A stretch of 31,822 nt of DNA. Source: a virus. The notes under the pieces were generated by a model. The model saw only the letters and a program-made list of their open reading frames with translations, did not search any database and was not told the origin of the DNA. Position numbers and translations under genes: made by a program. This document shows positions 27,080 through 31,822 of this stretch, piece after piece (the stretch's first letter is position 1; every line of letters starts with the position of its first letter). Location: UHGV virus genome UHGV-0094578; one strand, 5' to 3'.

Positions 27080-27089
27080 GCAGTATTTC
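27080..27089. other. candidate attR core (GCAGTATTTC)
   Basis: Direct repeat of 41-50, 47 bp after the last tail gene, overlapping the 3' end of the flanking acetyltransferase gene. Confidence 0.3.
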
Positions 27090-27684
27090 ACTTGTTGTGT
27101 AGTTCAGAATAGTTAGAGGTGGAGTGCGTATCAAGCGGTAGTAGTTGTGCGGCTCTGCGGGTTATAAAGACACTATTGGCAGGAATGTTTCGGTTAACGA
27201 ATGACATAGCACCAATTGTCACGTTATCACCTATGGTCAGATCATCACCGATGATGCATGAATTTGCACCAATCTCGACATTGTCTCCGATCCTGATGGC
27301 TTTGATTCCTTCAACTGTTTTTAATCCAATGGTTGTGTTTTGTCGGATACGAACATTTTTGCCAATCACAGCCTGGGGACAAATGACTATTCCAACGAAA
27401 TGATAAATTTTGAATTTTTCCCCGATCTGAGCCCCCAATCCAATATCAGTATTGTATTTTGAAACAAGTCTCCGGTGGATTCTTCGTGCCCACTTAATAC
27501 TTGATTTCCCTCCCTGACAGTAAAGGCAATTCGCTATCCTCCACCAACACATGAATCTGTGTCCGGGTTGTCTCCAGCAACGTAGTATGATTCTCCTCCA
27601 GGAGAATTTTTTACTACTGTGCAGTATGTCCGCGCACAACAACTTCTTCATATCCTCATAATGAGACTTTTTGTTGTTACTCAT
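27088..27684 (-). CDS. hexapeptide-repeat acetyltransferase (serine O-acetyltransferase / WcaB-like fold)
   Basis: 198 aa; left-handed beta-helix repeats (IGDNVEIGANSCIIGDDLTIGDNVTIG); AGGGAG Shine-Dalgarno; AT-rich. Confidence 0.8.
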   Translation of the reverse strand: MSNNKKSHYEDMKKLLCADILHSSKKFSWRRIILRCWRQPGHRFMCWWRIANCLYCQGGKSSIKWARRIHRRLVSKYNTDIGLGAQIGEKFKIYHFVGIVICPQAVIGKNVRIRQNTTIGLKTVEGIKAIRIGDNVEIGANSCIIGDDLTIGDNVTIGAMSFVNRNIPANSVFITRRAAQLLPLDTHSTSNYSELHNK

Positions 27685-28356
27685 AAATTATTCTCCCTAG
27701 TAATCCTGAGGATTATCGTAGCATGAGAATGATCTGATTTTCTGCCTATAATATTAAGTTATGTGGTCGGAACTGATAATTGGCTACTTAATCCCAAATA
27801 ATTAGTTGAATTACTAACAAAACATCTTTCTTATCTTGTCATAGACGTCGTCTGACGGTTTATTAACCCTTTAATAACAAACCTAACTTGGTCACTAAGT
27901 ATAAAAGATCAGAATTGTAGCGTTGTGCCGGTATGGTGATATGGCGACAAAATAAATCCTTCGCAGACAAAAACGGCACTACACCGCACCCGCCTGCGGT
28001 TTCTGGTTCTGGAAAATTTTTCAGTTTTATTTTTGTACAAATTAGACCGTCAGACTGCACCATTGCTGGCGGTTTTGTGGAGAACAGAAACTGAAATGAT
28101 TGAAAGGAGTTTCATTTTTTTTCAGTAAAAGGATCTGTGAATGTTTGTTGATGATAGGTAACTGACAGAAAATCAAAGAGAAAGTGAAAATTAAGTGAGA
28201 TGTAAAGATCTAAATGTTTCGTGTGCGATTAGAAACGAAACTCCAGTGACATTAGGTGTGACATGGATAGCGCTATTGACTTTGGATGATCAGAGATTGA
28301 AAAACTTACATGTAGATTGATGTTGGGGTACTCTAAAGAAAATTCATTTTTGTACG

Positions 28357-28956
28357 GTGGTAATCGTGAGTTGGGTGGATGTCCTTTCTTTTTTTGAAAA
28401 AATTTTACCTGCATTTGTTGGGTTTGTTGGCGCTTGGGCTGGTAGTCGGTGGGGGGTGACAAAATTTAAACGAGAAAAATACTGGGACGCAAAGGTCAAA
28501 GCATACGAAACCGCATTAAACCATTTTGAACAAATTGCCTTTTGGGGACGCTGTAATTATGCGCAGACTTATTGTGCCGTTACCGTTGGTGATCCTAGTC
28601 TTCACATAAATACTTTTCATGAGTCAATGCGAAATTTGGCTCAATTAGAAATTACAGCTTTTGTCTATTTTGATAGTAAATTTATTGGGTTGATTAAAGA
28701 GTTCAGACATAAGATTGAAAGTATCTATGTTAATGATTTAGATGATTTGAAAGGGGAGGATAGTCACGTTCAGTATGACGGATACGCTAGAATTCAATAT
28801 GAAATAGGAAATGTTGCCTATGATGCTTTAAATTATTTGAATAAACAGGCCTATCAGGATATTGGAGGAAAATCTCAGTGGTATGGGCAGTTATGGGAAC
28901 TGATAAAGAAAAAAGTGAAAAAGGATTGGGAAAACTATAGGGAAAATATTAAATAA
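28357..28956 (+). CDS. hypothetical membrane-anchored protein (199 aa)
   Basis: N-terminal hydrophobic helix (ILPAFVGFVGAWAG) then a soluble Lys/Glu-rich domain. Start uncertain (GTG at 28357 or 28366; no ATG for about 90 codons). Confidence 0.5.
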   Translation: MVIVSWVDVLSFFEKILPAFVGFVGAWAGSRWGVTKFKREKYWDAKVKAYETALNHFEQIAFWGRCNYAQTYCAVTVGDPSLHINTFHESMRNLAQLEITAFVYFDSKFIGLIKEFRHKIESIYVNDLDDLKGEDSHVQYDGYARIQYEIGNVAYDALNYLNKQAYQDIGGKSQWYGQLWELIKKKVKKDWENYRENIK

Positions 28957-29254
28957 GCTGGTAAATGAGTGGTGATATTTATCATTGAATAAAATTACGT
29001 TATTTCAAATAACTAATTGTATTAATTACTAAATGCCTTTAAAAATATTGGGTTTTGTTTGCATTTGGTGCGGTTATAGTGGAAATGCAAACCATCATAT
29101 AAAGCCCGCGTAACCGAACGGGCTGTTCTACGTTTTTTTAATGAAATTATGTTATTGCTTCAGCTTCCTTGTGATTAGAAGGGATCAAAGACCACATTTC
29201 CTCATGATCCGACTGTGACCGTTTGGAAGTATACACCGGCGTGAACTTGTTTTT

Positions 29255-29708
29255 CTAAATAGTATTGCAGGGGATATTCTGAAGCACCAATGAATGCGCA
29301 CCTATGGATACATTGTCGCCTATCGTAATCTTACCGCCGAGAATGGAAGAGTTGTATCCAATATCTATATGATCACCGATGATAATTATCGGATCGTAGC
29401 TATCAGTGCGTAGACCTATTGTGATGCCTTGCTTCAGGTTCGTGAAATCATCAATCACACAATTGTCCGTAATCACAATACCGTTCAGATGAGCAATGTT
29501 TAAACTCTTGCCGATTTTGCAGGATACTTACACCGGTGCATGAGGCAGTTTTCAATTCTGCGGGCAATGCGCTTTTTGAGCTTACTATTTTGGTCATAGT
29601 GTCATGACGCAATATGCCACCGGAACAAGAAGTGCCTCTTCTGGTTGTGTCGGGTTCGAAGTAACGCTTTATGCCATGAAAAGGCTTTGTCATGGTCATT
29701 GACTTCAA
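29255..29708 (-). pseudogene. degraded paralogue of the hexapeptide acetyltransferase (frameshifted, C-terminally truncated)
   Basis: Track ORF 29255..29476 (...GITIGLRTDSYDPIIIIGDHIDIGYNSSILGGKITIGDNVSIGAHSLVLQNIP) aligns by eye with residues of the intact enzyme at 27088..27684. The upstream part (29451..29708) is in another frame. Confidence 0.55.
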
Positions 29709-30139
29709 GGCGGATGCTTTCTTTAAGATGGTCGTAGGAAGTCATGTAGCTATCTTGACTAAAATGCCAAAAAAGGGGCTATAAATTAGTATATGAAAAT
29801 TGTTCATTCATCGAATCTTGATGACCTACTAACAGTACCTGATTGTTAATGTTGAAGCATGGAATGTGACCCTGAGCAGGCGGTGTTACGATTTCTAAAG
29901 AAGGAATTATAATAGTATGATTTTTAATCAAAACCTAGAGCGTTTATGTGGGGCGAACAACAAACAAGCGATACTTAGCTAATAGTTTCATAATCAATTA
30001 TGTTGCAAAAATCAGAGGCATATCGCGTTAAGCCGAAGAATTGCCTTGCGAAAGGGATTTGACACTGGACATAACTAACCTATTGAAATTAATATTATTC
30101 ACTATGCGTTATTTTACTAAATAAATCAGGTGCATTCAT

Positions 30140-31171
30140 ATGTCAAAACGAATTGTATTCTTCAATCATAAAGGTGGTGTAAGTAAAACAACATCAGTTT
30201 ACAATCTTGGATGGATGCTAGCTAACCAGCATAGAGTCTTGGTTGTAGACGGCGACCCTCAATGTAATCTTTCAAGCTTAATTTTAGGGGATGGTTTCGA
30301 AGAATATTATACGAATCCATTAACCCAAAAGCAGAACTTGAAGGATGGCGTTGCAGTCGCTTTCAAAGGTAAACCACAACCAATAACACCTATTACTTGT
30401 GTATCACCTGATAGAACTGCTAATCTTTTTTTATTGCCTGGGCATGCAGATCTTTCTGCTTATGAAGCATCATTAACTTTTGCACAAACATCAGGAAATG
30501 CTTTAGCAACCTTACAAAACCTACCGGGAGCATTTTCGGAATTAATAAGGCTATGTGAAGAACGCTATAATATCGATTATACGCTTATTGATTTAAACCC
30601 GGGGTTAAGTTCAATCAATCAGAACCTTTTCTTAAGTGCAGATGCTTTCATCATACCAACAAATCCAGATCCATTTTCAATCATGGCTATTGATACATTA
30701 AAAGATGTCTTGCCACGATGGATGGAATGGAAACAAAATAATCTTGATTTTTTTGAAGACAGTGCATATCCACTGAGAAACTCGCAAACAAAATTTTTAG
30801 GTATGCTGATCCAGCGATTTAATATAAGGAAGGGAAGAGCGGCAAGACCGTATCGAGATAACATCGCGGAAATCAAGCGTAAGGTCGTCGAAGATCTTGT
30901 TCCTCGTTTGCAGACTGTAGGAATGGCATTAAATTTGAATCAATATCCTCAAGAATTGCTTGATAATAACTTTTGCTTGTCGGAGATACCTGATTTTCAG
31001 GGACTTTTACCAAAGTCTTATGCGGCTGAAGTGCCTGTTTTTGCCCTTCGTGATGAAGATATTAATGAGACCGGGCCAGTTTTTGAACAGATGGCTGCAA
31101 AAAGAGATATGTTTAAAGCTCAATTTGAAGAATTATCTGAAATAATACTTAGGACTCTTGAAAATGTCTAG
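30140..31171 (+). CDS. ParA/MinD-fold P-loop ATPase with C-terminal extension
   Basis: Deviant Walker A NHKGGVSKTT, Walker A' VLVVDGDPQCN, Walker B-like YTLIDLNPG; 343 aa; AT-rich. Confidence 0.8.
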   Translation: MSKRIVFFNHKGGVSKTTSVYNLGWMLANQHRVLVVDGDPQCNLSSLILGDGFEEYYTNPLTQKQNLKDGVAVAFKGKPQPITPITCVSPDRTANLFLLPGHADLSAYEASLTFAQTSGNALATLQNLPGAFSELIRLCEERYNIDYTLIDLNPGLSSINQNLFLSADAFIIPTNPDPFSIMAIDTLKDVLPRWMEWKQNNLDFFEDSAYPLRNSQTKFLGMLIQRFNIRKGRAARPYRDNIAEIKRKVVEDLVPRLQTVGMALNLNQYPQELLDNNFCLSEIPDFQGLLPKSYAAEVPVFALRDEDINETGPVFEQMAAKRDMFKAQFEELSEIILRTLENV

Positions 31172-31772
31172 AGCTCATATAATTTTCAAAAAAAATATTG
31201 AGGAGGCGAAGCAGCTAAACGCATTACATACATATTTGTCTAATAACATACAAGTGCCTATGTCACATGATGATATTCTGCGCGCGCAATTAGTTAACTG
31301 TGTAAGCGCTTTTGATAAACTCATTCATGATTTAATACTTGATGGATTGACAGATATGTATGTAGGTAAGAGACAGCAAACTCCTAAATTTTTAGGTGAA
31401 GTGTTGCCGTTAAATGTGTATTTTAAATTACAAAATGCAACTATGCCGCCACCGGAGTATCATTTTCGTGAAGCGATGCGAGCAAAACTTAAAACAATTT
31501 CTTATCAGGAACCTTCGAAAGTCGCTGAAGGCTTGGCTTATATATGGGATGAGGGGCAGAAATGGGTAAAAATAGCTCAAGTAATGGGTTCTAAAGATGA
31601 TTTAGTAAAAAAACAACTTAAACTTATAGCAGTAAGGCGAAATGCAATTGTGCATGAGGCTGATTTAGACCCTGTAACTCATCAAAAACTTAGTATTGAC
31701 TCAAGAATGGTTACTGATAGTTCAAATTTCTTGGAACAATGCGGCGATGCAATAGAAAGTTTGGTATCTTAA
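31164..31772 (+). CDS. hypothetical protein with HEPN-like R-x4-H motif (putative RNase effector)
   Basis: ATG 31164 overlaps the ParA-like stop (31169-31171) with AGGA Shine-Dalgarno; motif RNAIVH at residues 161-166 of the track ORF (DNA 31638-31655). Confidence 0.5.
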   Translation: MSRAHIIFKKNIEEAKQLNALHTYLSNNIQVPMSHDDILRAQLVNCVSAFDKLIHDLILDGLTDMYVGKRQQTPKFLGEVLPLNVYFKLQNATMPPPEYHFREAMRAKLKTISYQEPSKVAEGLAYIWDEGQKWVKIAQVMGSKDDLVKKQLKLIAVRRNAIVHEADLDPVTHQKLSIDSRMVTDSSNFLEQCGDAIESLVS

Positions 31773-31786
31773 CAACTTGAAATCTC

Positions 31787-31818
31787 GTGTGAGGCTGCAT
31801 AAAAATGCAGCCTCACAC
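31787..31818. terminator. strong hairpin downstream of the two-gene module
   Basis: GTGTGAGGCTGCAT / ATGCAGCCTCACAC 14-bp perfect stem with AAAA loop, 15 bp after the stop; no U-tract visible before the window ends. Confidence 0.35.
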
Positions 31819-31822
31819 AAAT

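Larger units (their letters stand above)
41..27089. mobile_element. P2/186-family temperate prophage (mosaic); boundaries are candidates only
   Basis: Contiguous int, repressor, replication, head, lysis and tail genes with translational coupling. Ends placed at a 10-bp direct repeat GCAGTATTTC (41-50 and 27080-27089) just outside int and the last tail gene. Base composition turns AT-rich immediately right of 27034. Confidence 0.5.

Noticed and set aside
27863-28462. Minus-strand ORFs 27863..28063 and 28229..28462 in the AT-rich spacer
   Set aside because: Short, low-complexity, without Shine-Dalgarno sequences; 28229..28462 overlaps the start region of the plus-strand 199-aa ORF. Likely chance ORFs in AT-rich DNA.

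Overview
Most of this window (about 41-27090) is a P2/186-family temperate prophage, followed by ~4.8 kb of visibly AT-rich accessory DNA (27034-31822). All calls come from reading motifs, gene order and translational coupling, plus memory of protein families; no search or computation was run. Prophage, left to right: integrase and a 186-type CI repressor on the minus strand; a rightward early operon (Apl/Cox-like, CII-like, small unknown ORFs, Dam methyltransferase, rolling-circle initiator A); a small ORF behind an SOS-box-like palindrome; an Ogr/Delta zinc-finger late activator; the P2-type head module (portal and large terminase on minus; scaffold, major capsid, small terminase, head completion on plus); then a tail module whose order is not P2-like (putative sheath and tube, an embedded lysis cassette, a frameshifting chaperone pair, tape measure, baseplate, tail fiber, fiber assembly protein, hub/spike). 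The AT-rich tail of the window holds a hexapeptide-repeat acetyltransferase, a degraded paralogous copy of it, an orphan membrane-anchored protein, and a translationally coupled ParA-like ATPase plus putative HEPN-motif protein. That two-gene pair is my best candidate for an undescribed (possibly anti-phage) system. Starts in the supplied ORF track were re-evaluated where the first codon was TTG/GTG or a better ATG with a Shine-Dalgarno sequence lay downstream. No rRNA, tRNA, CRISPR array or IS element was recognised.
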